Shown here: positions 36,501-50,653 of the stretch, one piece after another
Position numbering within the stretch: the first letter of the stretch is position 1
Layout of the letters: each line of letters opens with the position of its first letter
Notes under the pieces: generated by a model
The model's database searches: none
Seen by the model: the letters and a program-made list of their open reading frames with translations, nothing else
Told to the model about the DNA's origin: nothing
Translations under genes and position numbers: made by a program
From: Bugula neritina
Lineage: Eukaryota > Animalia > Bryozoa
Direction of reading: 5' to 3'
Length of the DNA stretch: 64,000 nt
Assembly: GCA_964035545.1 (NCBI GenBank)
Contig: OZ037773.1
Location: 6,415,751 to 6,479,750, forward strand

Positions 36501-37645
36501 TATTGTTTCTGCTTACCATTACATCGTACCAGGGGTATTCATGCTCGTCACCCGAGCCATCATTTACCATGCTGTGTGTGCCTTCAAATTATATATTACA
36601 GTTATACAAAATATAAGTAGCTTGAAAAATAACTTTACAATTATAGACAAAATTTTATTTATTTTGAAACTTATTGTGTCATTTTTTAAAAATATTTATA
36701 AATTAATTTTTTTCAAGGTGCATTTCAATTTGGAAATCCAATACCACACTTGACAATCTTAAAACAAATGTCTACTAAATTTCTTATGTTTTGATCAAAT
36801 TGACTAATTGATAATTATAGTTAATTACAGTCTTAATTTTCTTACTAATGCTCTATGAACGAGTTACAATAATGGGATATGACATGTGTTTTTACTGCAA
36901 TCAAAATAATACCTTGCTTCAGCTCAGGCACTTGCCACTTAGCCACTCCATCATCTCCATAAAAGTGAAACTCATTATAGTGATGACAAGCTTGAATAAA
37001 GCCAAATGTCCAATTTTCATTGGCTGGCACAGACATTATGTTCAAATTCGCTACAATGCTAGAAATTCACAATCTGACTTTCTTTAACCTCTAGTTTTTG
37101 TTTTACTACATATATGTATATTGTACATGTGTTTTTAGTAGGTAATATAAATAGATGTGAAACTTGCTTAAAGAAGTTTTCATTTACATTTTAATTTATT
37201 TCTATTAATAGCTTTGGAAATGTATTGTTCAAACTGTAAGGTTTTTACACACACACACACACATGCACACACACGCACACACGCACACACGCACACACGC
37301 ACACACGCACACACGCACACACGCACACACGCACACACGCACACACGCACACACGCACACACGCACACACGCACACACGCACACACACATTTATATCACA
37401 ATTACTAATTATTCTCAATACTTTGTGTTAAGTTTTGAATACTCTAATTAGAAATTTAAAATTTCTTGACTAAGAACTATTTTACTTGCATGATGTCTCC
37501 AATTTCAAGTGCCATTTGATTCTGTAGCTCTGTGATTGATGGCAAAGGCTTTTTTAGATTGTGGTCCAGTCTTCGAATTGTCACAAAGTTTTCTATATCA
37601 GTAGGAAGAGGAGATAACACCTTGCAGCTGGTTGCTATGCATCGG
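33517..37645 (-). CDS. FAM78: FAM78-family protein (start exon not resolved)
   Basis: Exons 37490-37645, 36913-37058 ([37 protein letters not shown]), 36517-36581 ([15 protein letters not shown]), 35154-35436 (FTVQGP...[15 protein letters not shown]), 34785-34886 (ILKTLEWEI), 33643-33776 ([22 protein letters not shown]) and a probable last exon 33517-33549. Colinear with FAM78A/B motifs (WxxGWIQAC, YPWY, RDQSFTTWL, PIPxxAL, NDAQxLxW). Confidence 0.85.
35600..35672 (-). pseudogene. duplicated FAM78 exon fragment (pseudo-exon)
   Basis: Copy of the first about 70 nt of exon 35154-35436 (TTCACGGTTCAA...TTGTCAGATTTGCCCA) with its own TAG acceptor; the frame closes after about 32 codons. Confidence 0.6.
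37247..37390. repeat. (CACACACGCA)n minisatellite
   Basis: Direct 10-bp periodicity. Confidence 0.95.
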
Positions 37646-39183
37646 CTAAGAAATAACCAGGCAAAAAATTAGTTTCTCCTCCACAAATGCTTGCTTTTTA
37701 AAAGCTTTTGTTTTGTAATTTAATTGAGTCAACCTTAAGACTGTTTTGCTTCGAGACACAGTCTATATATTATATTACTTTTCAAATTAATGAAAAGGAA
37801 AAAGTGTAGATTTGTTTATAGATTGAATAACAGCTGCTGAAAAGGCTATTCATGAGACCCATTTTCCACCTGCTTAACATGATAAAAGGAGATTTTGTAT
37901 ATTCATTTTCAAAAAGTAATCTATTTTGCATTTTTTTAACAAATTTAAATTGATTAAAAAGACAATTGTAAAAAACTACTTACTGCAACTTTAAATTATT
38001 TTTGCAATAAAAAGAAATATTTGAAGCAGGTTTAACAACATGATTAGTTGAAATATTCAATGCTTTCCATAATAAAGCTTTCATTTTCACATCATTATGT
38101 GATTTGTACCTAGTAGAATTTTGTAGTTAAATATTTTAGGTATTCAAAATATGAAAAATATCTATTAGGAATTTTCATAGTTTAAGCAGTTTTTAATATA
38201 AAAAAATTTAAAGAGAAACTAATAAAATGAGTAAAAAATAATAAAAAGTGAAAAATTATTTTGTAGACTGACTCTTTTTAAAATGAAATGCTGGGGGTTT
38301 AATTTTAAGAGTTCTTGCTTCATGTAACAATAGGAAGCCATTCAAATAGTCCTTTCTATCAGCTTGTTAAAAATTATAGTGATTTTAATAAAAGTTTATT
38401 TTGGTTCAAATAAATTTTTTTTTCTAAAACTAAGTTTCAAAAGGTAGCAGCTGTATCAGTATTTTTTATGCAATTGAAAAAAAAGCTTTTATCCAGTGAG
38501 CCAAGAGGTAAGCTTGATAGAAAGGAATCATAGAGATATATATTGAGAGGTATGCTGTTATATAGGTAACATTATGGTACACTATTCTTTTTAGATATTT
38601 ATCATTTTATTTTATCAGAAAATTAAAACAAATTAATTAACCAAATCTGAAACAAGTTGCGCTTATCTACTTCATTTCCAGTTTTCAGTATTTTTTGATT
38701 CAGCTGTATATAAGAAGAGTTGTCTGACATTGATTTTACAAACTGCCTATGAAAGTCCTATCAAATGTTTAGTTGTTTTATTGATATATTTGTGCAATGA
38801 ATTACTAATTAATGTTAAAATTGATTTATTTCATTATTTTACACTGTAAGTTAAAACAAATAGTGTTCTAGAGTTGAGTAATGAATCTGTGTGCTGAAAA
38901 GTTAGTAATATTTATTGAGATTGTTAGATTCCCAAACAGTTTAAGTTATGCAAGTTAACCTTAGCCCTGTTTGAAGATCTATTATTTATAAAAACTGGTT
39001 GTTGTAAATTGGGTGTAGCTATTGGCAGTTGCAGTCAACACCTAGATAAAATAAGACTTAATATGAATCATGTGCAATGGACACCAAATCATATAAGTGG
39101 TGTAAAATTAGCACTGCATTATATAAAGAGTGTGAAATTATTACCCCATTATATGGATGGTGTGAAATTAATATTACATTACA

Positions 39184-39442
39184 CAGGTATAGACAAGTAT
39201 AGGCAAATATAGACAAGTATAGGCAGGTATAGACAAGTATATGCAGGTATGTGCAGGTATATGCGGGTATAGACAAGTATAGACAAGTATAGACAAGTAT
39301 AGGCAGGTATATGCAGGTATATGCAGGTATAGACAAGTATAGGCAGGTATACGCAGGTATATATGCGGGTATAGACAAGTATAGGCAAGTATAGGCAAGT
39401 ATATGCAGGTATATGCAGGTATATGCAGGCATATGCAGGTAT
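39184..39442. repeat. 10-bp minisatellite (TAGACAAGTA/TATGCAGGTA variants)
   Basis: About 25 tandem variant 10-mers. Confidence 0.95.
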
Positions 39443-40303
39443 TTACTGAACTCCTACTATCACAGAAGTATAGGGATTATAGGAGAACTATATAACGTGA
39501 CCATCATAATCATTTTAATGAAATAATGCAGTCTAATAACATGCATTGACATGTATGACATATTTTCTGATGTGTTTTAAAAAAGAAACTGTCAAATTTA
39601 ATTGATGAGACAGTTTTGTAATTTATATGCCAGTTTTTGAAACAAAAAGCCTCGAATGTTTGTACTGACTACATTGTATCCTTTTATAAATAGCAGAGTG
39701 CTACTAATGCATTCTTAAGCAATACAAGCCAGTGTCCCTATTGCATTGATTTCCAATATTATAAAACCTTATAATGCATATATTAAGAGAGAGACGTGAA
39801 TAATGCATTAGGGTATAGCGTTGGCTGTACTAATTTGCAAAGTATCAGTTTGTGAAGTTCAATATTCTTGTAGTGGGTTTACCTACATAAGAAAATGTAA
39901 TTCGCAATTCATTCATTGGGGAAAACTCAATTATTATAATGTATGCCTTGTGAGTTGAGGTAGCTGTTTGATGTGAGAAGCATAGATTCATAGAGGCAGA
40001 TGTGTTTTTATAATTTTGTCTCCCATGGGGTGCTAATGCCTATTGACAATAACGCTACAAATTATTGATTTCTGCAGCATAATATTACAGTGACAAGTAC
40101 CAGAGCTAGTGGTTAGTTGGTTGCTGCGTCAGTAGGCAGCACTATCAGGTCAGCATTTGTTCTGTCTCCATTATTCTTCCAGCTGCCGTGTTGTAACATC
40201 CTGCGTCATCCTACTCCGCTGTCAGAAACGAACTAAATCAGTGTCAACAAAAAAACTTTTCTATTGTATTGTTGGTGATAAGTTTGTTACACAAAAAATC
40301 CAG

Positions 40304-43300
40304 ATGACCATGGTAGGAGGTAGGTGAATGCTATAGACTGTTAAGTTATGTTTTCATTGTTCTACATGTTTAATATACAATTTAAATTTTGAAATAAATA
40401 TAAATATTTTTAATTAGAGTTTATAGATACAAAATTGCTCAAAATAAAATTTAGTTTCTCAATACCTTTTATATTAAATAGTGTAAGCTTTCTCCTAAAT
40501 TTAAAAAAGCACCTTTGTTCTTATTATTCAAAAAAAATTTTAATAAATTAAAATTTACCACTCAAAATTTGTTAATATAATTTATTTTTCTTATTTTTAA
40601 AATTAGCAGTTTTAATTGTAAAATACTTTTATAACATTTTAAAACTGCATGCTTAACTTTTTTTACTTTAAGAAAATGTTTATAACATATCAGCAGTGCT
40701 TAATAACCATATTTTTAGACACACATTAAATGCAATGTCACCTTGTTCAATCTCAACACCAGAAATGTATAGTTTGCCTGTCTCAATTATATACTTGCAT
40801 TTGTTACAGTTACCTTCATTCGTTTAACTTTCTTTTAGGACTATATCTATACCATATTGCTCACAATTGAGCTCTAGCATTTCAACAAACCTTTAGCCTA
40901 AGGTTAAGTGGATGTTGCATTTTGTTGTGTTTTTGCTTATTTTTCCAAAGTGTCGTAATAAGTATTGATATACCCAAAGGTTGGCAGTAGATGGTGTGAA
41001 ATTTATGTACTACTTATTAAGGTAATGCACACAAGATTTAAAGCTGTTTTGACTTAAATACTTGCCTTTCTCAATAGAGAAACAATGAGGTAAACAAAGT
41101 AACAAAAGACAATCATTGTGAATTTAGCATCTGATGTGTAAATGTATAAATACCTAGTATATATTATATATTGTAAATCTACATTGTAAATAAATTTGAT
41201 GAAGAAACACATTTTTAAGTGGTCTATTCTGGTTTGTTAGCACTGTTTGTACACATTTCAGTTGCTATTGGTCGTTGTCATGCCATTATTCAATAGATAT
41301 GTAGTGCTCTTTCTGTCTCGGGCATTCTGTATATAGTCTGCAAATTATTATTAGTAAGCTAGTTGACTAAAAAATTGATTGTATGTAGCACAGCTAAATA
41401 TAGTCATAAATTTTTATAAAAATGTTTCTTATTTAAAATCCATATGCCACAGGATGTGTTTTAAAGATTCTGTAGCATCTTTGCTTCAGGGAACATTAAA
41501 CAAATGTATTTTTTTAGAAAATTATAATTTCAACAAGTAAAAATTTTGTCATATAATTTTTTTTTGGTGAAAAATTCTGAGCAAACAAAACACTGCACTA
41601 AATAACATAAATTTAATTTTGGTAAAAGAATAAATTTATTTATTTCAACTAGCTAATGCAATGCTTGCATTTGAAATTTCGGTTTTCAAAAATACAATCT
41701 AAATCTAAAATTAAACTGGCATAGCTAAAAGCAAAAAATGATCAAGCTTTCTGTAAAGTGATAGCTAAAACGAAAGGAAACTATAAGCTCTAACAGCTCT
41801 TCATTAATTCAGTATTGATTAGGATTTTTCTATACACTTAGCCTTGGAACAGACCACGCGAACAAGTAATATAATATTTGAACAAGCAAAATCAATACCA
41901 TTATTTAGCAGTACCATCTGCCCTGTAAGTGTGGAGTTCTGTATAATTTTCCACTACAATTTTCATCTGTTTGATTGACATACTAATCAAGTGGCGACTT
42001 AATTTTAGTCTTTCCGTTGTCTGATTGCCTTTGCAGATGGTAGACTTACGCTGACACACGTTATATTTACATTTCTAACTAAATATAACTGGATAGGTAC
42101 AACATTACACTATATACCAGACTCTTCCCTAGTTTGATAGTAGAAACTTTGTTTTGATGTTATTTTAAAAGTTGCTTAATTGAGTTAAAGTTGAAAAGCG
42201 GGTCTCTTTATTGATTTTTGTCGTCTGCTAATAACATGTTTTCGTTTCTTTAACAGTCTACACCTGTTTGCCTCAGTCCACGGACACTGATATCACCCCA
42301 ATTCCTGGTCCAGGTAAATGCAAGATACTCTAGCTAGGTTACGTTGTGTGACCATATTTCACTAGTGGTATATGGTCCCGCATAATACCTGTATGCTACA
42401 GTGTATAATCTAATAAAATATTTTTGAATTTTACTTTAAGCATCTTGAAGCTGGGAGTTACTGAGTGCAGTAGTTTGGAATTTCAGGGTTTTGAGTAAGG
42501 GCATGTAAGTTGAAACTTGGAAACCACAATTTTAAACTCAAGAATCTCAAACTATTGCACCCAGTCACTCTTATAAAATGATTTCAATTCAAGTTTAACT
42601 AAAAATTTTCAAGAACAATTTAAGTAAATACACTTTAACTTGGATGCATTACTATGCTGTCATCGCATTTTAGTAATAATTTTATTAAATTTTACTCATT
42701 ATCAGTGCACTAACTATATTCTACTATGGTAAAGGAAATTATGATACTTATAAGGATTATGATATTTTCTTTAAAACTGAAACAATTTTAAATTTTCATT
42801 GCCAACATTGATATTTGATGCAGATGACAGGAAACTGTTTGTGGGCATGCTCTGCAAGCAGCAGGGTGAGACTGAGGTAAAGGAGCTGTTTGAAAAGTTT
42901 GGTACTATTGAAGAGTGTACAATATTGAGGGACTCTCAAGGGCAGAGTAAAGGTGGGTTATTATTGACTTTTTCAAAAACTTAGCTTCAGTCTCAATAGT
43001 GAACTAAAATAGAGTATAAACACTCTCTTCAAATTTGTTTTTAATTAGCCACGAGGTTAACAAAAGTTTTAGTTAATTTAAATTATTTTATAAATTAAAC
43101 GAAATCTATTTAACACATGCTACATGTTTTGCAACAGACCAAAGTTTAAAAGATCGATAGCATTATATTTCTAAAATATTGTTACAAAAAGCAAAGGTTT
43201 CATGTGTAAAACTCAATTAGCCATCTTCCCACTAGAATTTTCAACTGAATACATAGAATTTTTTCCTACAAAGTAGAGTCATGATTATGTATTATGCATG

Positions 43301-46300
43301 AATTACCTCTTTGTAAATTGGAAATAATGTATCTACATAACTATATAATACATCACTTTTTTGATGCTGTTGTTTTAACCATTAGGGTGTATATAAAACA
43401 TTTCTAAAAAGAATACCAAACAAAAGTATAATTTACAATAGTAAGTGACAAAATAAAGTAATTATTCAAACTGCTGTCGCGGGTGTATTGGCAATAGGTA
43501 AAATTCTCTCGCACACCATTGACCAACGTTAACTCAAACAATTACTGCTACAAACTTTGTCTAGACTGCTCTGATTAGCAAGCTTGTTAAATCTCTTACA
43601 ACTAAGAATTCAGCAGTAAGCTAATTACAACTTCTTCTAGTTGCTTTGTTTAAGATCAATAATAATTTAAAATTCTATTTAGTCTTCTTATCCGCAAATG
43701 TATTAATTTACTATCAGATAACGAATTGCAAGCTAAGGTCATTGCAGCTATTAAACAGCTTGGGACATTACAAACATTGCAAGCTACAGCCATTAGTGAA
43801 ATGAAAACACTCTACATAATTACTGTACTCTGTATAATTATAACCATATGACTGTTGCTGGCAAACCACATGCTGTGCAGTGTCACCAAGAAGCCTGCCA
43901 TGTATGAATAATATGTCAATTCTCTAGTAAAAGCTAAGCTGACCAACTACAGTATTTATACACTATTTCAAGTATAGAAACAAATGAGACAAATATTACA
44001 TTTAGTGACATAGATAACAATATAACAAATAACTGGTAATGTCATTAATCATTAATACGGTTACAGAACAAGTGTTTTTAGAACTTCAAGAAAATTGAAC
44101 AGTAGCAAATAAAACAATGAAATGCCGGTAAAACATATTATTATATTTACAATTTATAGTTTTCGATGAATTGAAGGATTTTTGCTCTAAATTAATTTTC
44201 TCCTTCAATTTTTTATAGTGATATATAAATTACAGTATTAAAGTTTTTAACTCCAGCTATTAAATTAGTGAAGGCAGCAGAAGAATTTTTAAATTTTTTT
44301 CAGAGTAATTTTATGTTGTTTAATTTAATTTTTGTTGATTCTAATAACTGTGTTATATACTGGTTTCTTTAAAGAAAAGTTTGATTGTAGCTTTTAGTCT
44401 TGAAACTTTTCTCAAATTTTTATTCAGGATGTGCTTTTCTAAAATTTGCCAATCACGAGGAAGCTCTGGCAGCGTGCACTCTGCATGGATCCCAGACGAT
44501 GCCGGTGAGTGAGTTCTATGTATTTATAGATGCAGCGGTGGTTTGAGATGTGGGTTGAAATTCTCGAAAGAACGCAACTTTTTTTGCTACATTTCTAATC
44601 TAGAACACAAGCTTTTTTCGGTTTTTCCATTGCTGCACCTATACACTTTGTTTAATGACAGCTCATATTTTTTGCTCAATTTGGAAGAAATTTTTTTTTT
44701 AATAACTCTCAACCAAACTCAACACCAACAGTTTGGTTATTTAACAATTTACCAGCCACATCTATAACCAGGAGTTGTGCTTCCACTTTATGAAACTAAT
44801 TATGCAAAACTTAGTTCTCATAAATTAATATCTAATTTTAGATTAAAGTAATTTTATAACTGTATCTTTTTTGCTTTGTATAGCACACAGCTCTTTTAAT
44901 TTTGCAGAGTGGCCTGTAAAATTGATAATTTTTCTCTTTCCAAGCACTGTTGCATTAGTAGAACCTCGTTGTTATATATAATAATTTCAAAAAAGTAAAT
45001 TTCTAAACAAATTTCTGCATGTTTTGTGCAGGGAGCCACGTCCAGTTTGGTGGTGAAGTTTGCGGACACGGAGAAGGAAAGGCAGTACCGGAGAATGCAG
45101 CAGATGGCGCAACAACTGGGAGTGGTAAATCCCACCATCACACCTGCCCTTCCAACCTTGCCGGCTGGTGCAAGCTTCCCATACCTCACACCTAGTTCAC
45201 ATGCAGGGGTGGGTACATCATATGAAGTCTTAAATGACTTAATTTATATGACTTTTATATATGATTAAAAGAAATTTTAGCATCAAGTGAGAGCTCACAT
45301 GCTGTCTAGAAACTAAAGCAAGATTGTAGATAGTATTTCAGTTATACAGTATTCCAGTATATAGTAGCTCAATACTACGTGCAGTATAACAGGCTGTTAT
45401 TGGAACACAATTAAAATAACATATATACTTATACATAATATTATACTTTCTTGTAGCTCTTTCACCATACGGCTCAAGGTTTAATGGGTCAAGCGCCAGC
45501 CAGTTTCCTGTCACAAAACCCATCTTTAGCCCACATGCAGCAGGTCAATGCCTTAGCAACTGCAGGGGCAATTGCAGCGCCCCCTAATGGTACATATTAT
45601 TTATTATAAATATTATGTAAACTATTACACGATGTTCTATAAGCAGCTCAGAGTTGGGAGCGACTGAGTGCAATAGTTTGTAATTCTCAGGCTTAAAGTT
45701 GGGAGTTTAGGTTGGAACTTTGAACCCCCAACGCCAAATTTGAGAATCCCAAACTATTGTACTTTATCACTCAAAACTTAGAGCTGCTTATAGAATGATT
45801 TGTCTGACATTTATAGTCTTACATAATCAATGATTACATAGTCACGTGCCATGACATTAACCTCTGAATATAATAAGATATGTACATGTTATATAAAGCC
45901 TAATATGTGACATTACCATAGTTAATAGACAAACACAGCAATTGCACTGTTTCAGTAGATAAGATTTCTGACTCCGTTTGGGATTAAAAATTAATAGGAG
46001 TTTTTCTACTCCCATTGAATAAATCTATTTTTATAAATTAAAACACTTTTGTATTTATAGGATTAGCTGGTGCCGGACTTATCCCAGGGGTTCCAGCTAC
46101 GTCTCAGGCTGGTGTTCAAAATATCCAATCTCCAACAGCTGCTGAAGGAAGTGGGATGGGCATCTACGCACCTGCTCCTACTGTATCTGAATACCAAACT
46201 TTGAGCCCAGCCTTTACTATGACCTACCCTAACCCAAGCACTCTTGGTAATCATAAATACTTCATATATAATTATCATACCTTGTTGTTTTTAAATAGTT

Positions 46301-48233
46301 TATCAAAATTTAGCTAATACATTCAAGTTAATTTCCAAATATGAAAACAATTAAGTTTCATGTTTCATTGAAAGTTAAAACTTATATAAGAAAAGCCTTA
46401 GTTTTATCAATGGTTAATACTATTTTAAAAGTAAAAAGAAAAATCCCAACTAAAATTCCCAAAATCAGATTTTATATTGAATAAGTAGCCATAAACTGTA
46501 CCTATTATATTAGCTGGTGCTTGTAATTCTATATCTAGTTTACTATATTGAATGCTATTGAACTTCAGTAATCGAACTACAATTATAAACTAAGCCAATC
46601 AAAATACAGCAAAAACTGCATTCAAGTTTTAACTCAGCGCTAATATCTATACTGTTTTTTACAATATTTTATACTGAAGACTTTAAACACTTGTAAATAC
46701 AATATCTATAACTTTTAATTCAGCGTTCAACCCTTTGATTGGAGCCCTTCAACCACCACCGACTCTCTACCAGCCACCTGCAGCTTCAGTTCTCACCCCA
46801 ACTGGACAGAAAGAGGGACCAGATGGATGCAATCTCTTTATTTACCATCTTCCTCAAGAATTTGGGGATCCCGAGCTAGCCCAAATGTTCATGCCTTTTG
46901 GTACTGTTATATCGGCCAAGGTGTATGTGGACAGAGCCACAAACCAAAGTAAATGCTTCGGTAAGTAAAATAGTGATCAACGGGATAGAGGGTGGCTACT
47001 TTAGAACTGACGGTAGTTTTCTGAAATTAGAATCCTGCATACACAATATTGCTTCATAAAAATTAATTTCATCGAACTACATTATTTAAAATGAAAAGAG
47101 CATTTTAAATTAATTTGACTGTCGTTTGCCATTTAATTATTTATAGATGTTCAGTCATTTGGTGCTGCCGGTATTATGATTTATGCTGCTATACGCTAAA
47201 GTTTGACACACTTGAAAATTAACATCAGAAGAACTTTGAGTAAATTTAAATGTTTTAGTGGCAAAGCAGTTTTTAGCAAATAAGAGCTCATTGCTGAAAG
47301 ATGTTAAATGTTGAGTCTGTTTATGATTGTGCCATATTTTATTTCATTCTTCATGGACCATCTGTGTTGTATACCTTGAAAAAGTACCTACATTTAAAAT
47401 CCATGTCATTTATGACACTTGTCATCAGGTGCTAGCTCTATGTGTCAATTCCTACTGAAATATGGCGTCAAGCTGTAAGAATACAGCAAATATAAATAAT
47501 TAATATTTACTGATTGGTTCGAGGAAAAGTGAAGAACAATAATGTTATTCACTCACTGATAGAAATAATATAGTGTATTGTTTGAAGACTATCATGTATA
47601 GTGTCAGTGTAAAAGTGTCACCAGATTAATGTCATCTCATTACAAAATGCTGCTTATGTCAGCAGGTGTCTGGTGTATTACAGGATGACTAGTTGTTTTG
47701 TAAACTTCCTGTATATATTGATTGAGAAGCCAGTCTTCATGATAATTGTTGAACCTAATTTACTACATGAATGATAATCATTGAGTATGTTGTGCAGTAA
47801 CAGAGAAATTGTGAAAAGCCTGTGTTCTTGAATAAAAATATAGCAAAGCCACAACCCAAAACCAAATTTTTTATAAGCATCAAAGAACTTGTGCTATTAA
47901 AACTTCTCTGCTACTTTACCTATGTGAGAGAGACTAACTGCATGGCTTGCTGGCTTGCACACAAGCTTTTCCCCTACACATGTATTTTTAGCATTCGTGT
48001 TTTTGTAACCTAGGTTTTTAATGTTGGTCTTCATTTTTTAGATACTCATTAATTTTTGAACGCTTGAATTCGTTTATTAATGGAGTTATCTTCTTTTTGT
48101 AGGGTTTGTTAGTTTTGATAATCAAATGAGTGCCAGAGCCGCTATAGAAGCTATGAATGGATTCCAAATTGGGATGAAGAGACTCAAAGTTCAGCTGAAA
48201 CGACCCAAGACTGATCAGGCTAAACCCTACTAA
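40304..48233 (+). CDS. CELF: CELF3-6/Bruno-3/UNC-75 type RNA-binding protein (RRM2-linker-RRM3; about 380 aa model)
   Basis: Exons 40304-40319 and 42257-42313 (both less certain), 42824-42952 (DRKLFVGML...EECTILR), 44428-44504, 45032-45208 ([14 protein letters not shown]), 45457-45589, 46061-46246, 46724-46960 ([19 protein letters not shown]...[11 protein letters not shown]), 48103-48233 (GFVSFDN...[22 protein letters not shown]). All join in phase. Confidence 0.93.
42437..42575. mobile_element. MITE-like element, degenerate copy
   Basis: TGGGAGTTACTGAGTGCAGTAGTTTG...CAAACTATTGCACCCAGTCACTC; an imperfect palindrome homologous to 45635-45795. Confidence 0.65.
44539..44645 (+). repeat. dispersed repeat fragment (second copy about 2813-2935)
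   Basis: Same GCTACATTTCTAATCTAGAACACA core as 2813-2935. Confidence 0.7.
45635..45795. mobile_element. MITE-like palindromic element
   Basis: Perfect 15-bp terminal inverted repeat TTCTATAAGCAGCTC/GAGCTGCTTATAGAA, plus internal arms (AGTGCAATAGTTTG/CAAACTATTGTACT). Confidence 0.8.
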
Positions 48234-48696
48234 TTGATAAAATCATATATTACTTTTATTTACAAGTTGACGCAATATTTAGACTATAAATTTATTATAT
48301 AATAGTTGACTGGACAAGACAGTTACTACCTTAGGAGTTGTCACACTCTTTCACTAGATTTCATTCACTTTAATTGATTGTGAATCTCACTATTGGAGCA
48401 TTTTATCATTATAGAATGTCATTGAAAACTACTTGTTTTAGGATTTAACAGAAAACTCAAACTGTTTTAAAAACAGCAACTTCTAACTAAAGCCAATTAC
48501 TTGCTAATTAAATATTAGTAAAAAGTTTCATATACGTTATTAGGTCACGATGTTCAAAATTTATATTGCCATGGACAAGTTATAAAATCTTAAAGAGTTG
48601 TTCAAGGGCTTTGCTGTTTGCAACTCAGTTTTCATTTTTGTCTTTTAGTAAAACTTAATATTATTGTATTATTATACTTGATAAAAATCTCACTGA

Positions 48697-48875
48697 ACTT
48701 TATAGTCACCATCCATGTGAGAAAACCCTGATGGAAAGGTTTTTTTTAAGAACTTATTTATATGGGGCACATCCAGATAAAATTATGAATGGATGCTCTT
48801 CCTAACATCACTAATAGCATTTACCAGGGGTTCGAACTTATGACTTCGTGTTACCTATAAGCCAAATGCTCTAAC
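48697..48875 (-). mobile_element. tRNA-derived SINE copy, downstream of the CELF stop codon
   Basis: TGGATGCTCTTCCTAACATCAC...GGGTTCGAAC and GTGAGAAAACCC...GGAAAGGTTTT match the family. Confidence 0.75.
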
Positions 48876-50653
48876 TGTATTTATACCTAATCATACATAA
48901 GTTAAATTATTTATAATTAAAATATTTATAATACTTTAGTCTATTGTCAACAGCTGGTGACTTCAATCTAGTCAGGTTATACATGCTGATATCGTTTTCC
49001 AGTTGACTCTGTTTTTGCTGTTTGGGTGAGAGAAGTGCACAGAAGTTTTATGTATTAAGATTAAAATCAGTTATTATTATAGTTTCTAAAAAGTACATGG
49101 CCACCCTAATGCATTTTACAAAAATTAGCACAAGAAATTTTCCTGGTTGCCATTATATTCATTAACAATGGCAGCTGGAAAATATTATTTTACAGTGAAA
49201 ATTGTTTTGACATGAATTTTTTTCACCGCGGTTTTGTTTTTTATATAACTGACTTTAAATTTATTGCAATATAATTGATGACGCAATGCTATGATGTCAT
49301 AGCTGTCAATGAAGATTTGATTAAATTGCCGCTTTTTGCAATATATAACACTTTATTCATTTCCTGTTTTTGTTTCTATAACAATTAAGTTGACTATTTT
49401 TTTTCTCATTAATACGCAAGATTTAAATTTTGTTTTATTTTAAACATATTATACATTTTGAAAACTATTGTTTTTTTAAAATATTGAAAAAGCAGTAGTG
49501 CTGATAATAATTGAATGTTTATTAAGTTATATTTTTATTAAAGTTATTATTGGAATTATGAACAACGTTTCTTCTTATATATGATCCATCATTGGCTTAC
49601 TGTTACTTGGATACAGTTTCTGCTGGGAGTTGTGCAATCATGCTGTTCAATTGTTGGAAATCATTTTATTAACTATTATTCTATCTACATACTTATTATA
49701 TACTGTTATTATTTATTCCAATGCAATATTATAATTTTGACATATAGTTTATATAAAAACTCATACTAATTATAAATAAACTGTTATATACTAAAAATGT
49801 GTTACACTATGTTGCAAACCTAATTAGCTTTTTATTCATAAAATACTAGTTTTGGCAAACCTCATATTTTACTAATATAATGTGTTCTAAAACAGGCAAT
49901 TATCATTACTATCATGCTGTTTTGTTTTACCACATTATTTAAAAAAAGTGTTGCATATTAGATATAATATCAATATTCTAATATGAAAAGTGAACTAGTT
50001 TTAAACAAAAAAGTAGAACAAAAACTTGGTCAATGATGCATCCTTAGTATTCATAGTGAATGATATTACAGAAACGCATGCTTTATTACATACAGCAACT
50101 ATAATATTATGTATTCATGTGCAGATATTTTAAACCCCCCTGACTCATATCATGGCATGTGATTTGCAAGTACTTGCATAATTATACCTCCAATGTATTG
50201 CATAATATTTTATATTTTATATTTCTATTTAAAATTAATTTGATTTAAGTTATAAATTTATTTTTGATTTTATATTACCAGTTAGTGCAATAATTATCTT
50301 TAGCTCCACTATCAAATGAACGAAAACCTGCAAGAGTTCAAATTTTAATAATTCCTGCGTATTGTTTGCTTAAGATAATCAGCGTTGATGCAATTTTAGC
50401 CAGTTTTTAACATGTCTTTGCCAATAATTATATTATCTAATTTTTTATATCAGTTCATGCATCTCGACGCAGGTAAAACAAGTGCTGAGATATTTGTCAT
50501 AATACCAATGCCATTTTAATTTATAATTTTTTGAACATTGAAATTAAAACAAGTGAAATAATTTCCAAGGTCAAAGCATTTTGCAAGTGCTATGTATTTC
50601 AAGGTCAAACTTTTCTTCTGACATAACAGATAAGCTAATTTTAGTAATAGAAG

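Noticed and set aside
39058-39432. Repetitive ORFs / CRISPR-like array
   Set aside because: Contiguous 10-bp minisatellite without unique spacers, in a eukaryotic context with no cas genes.
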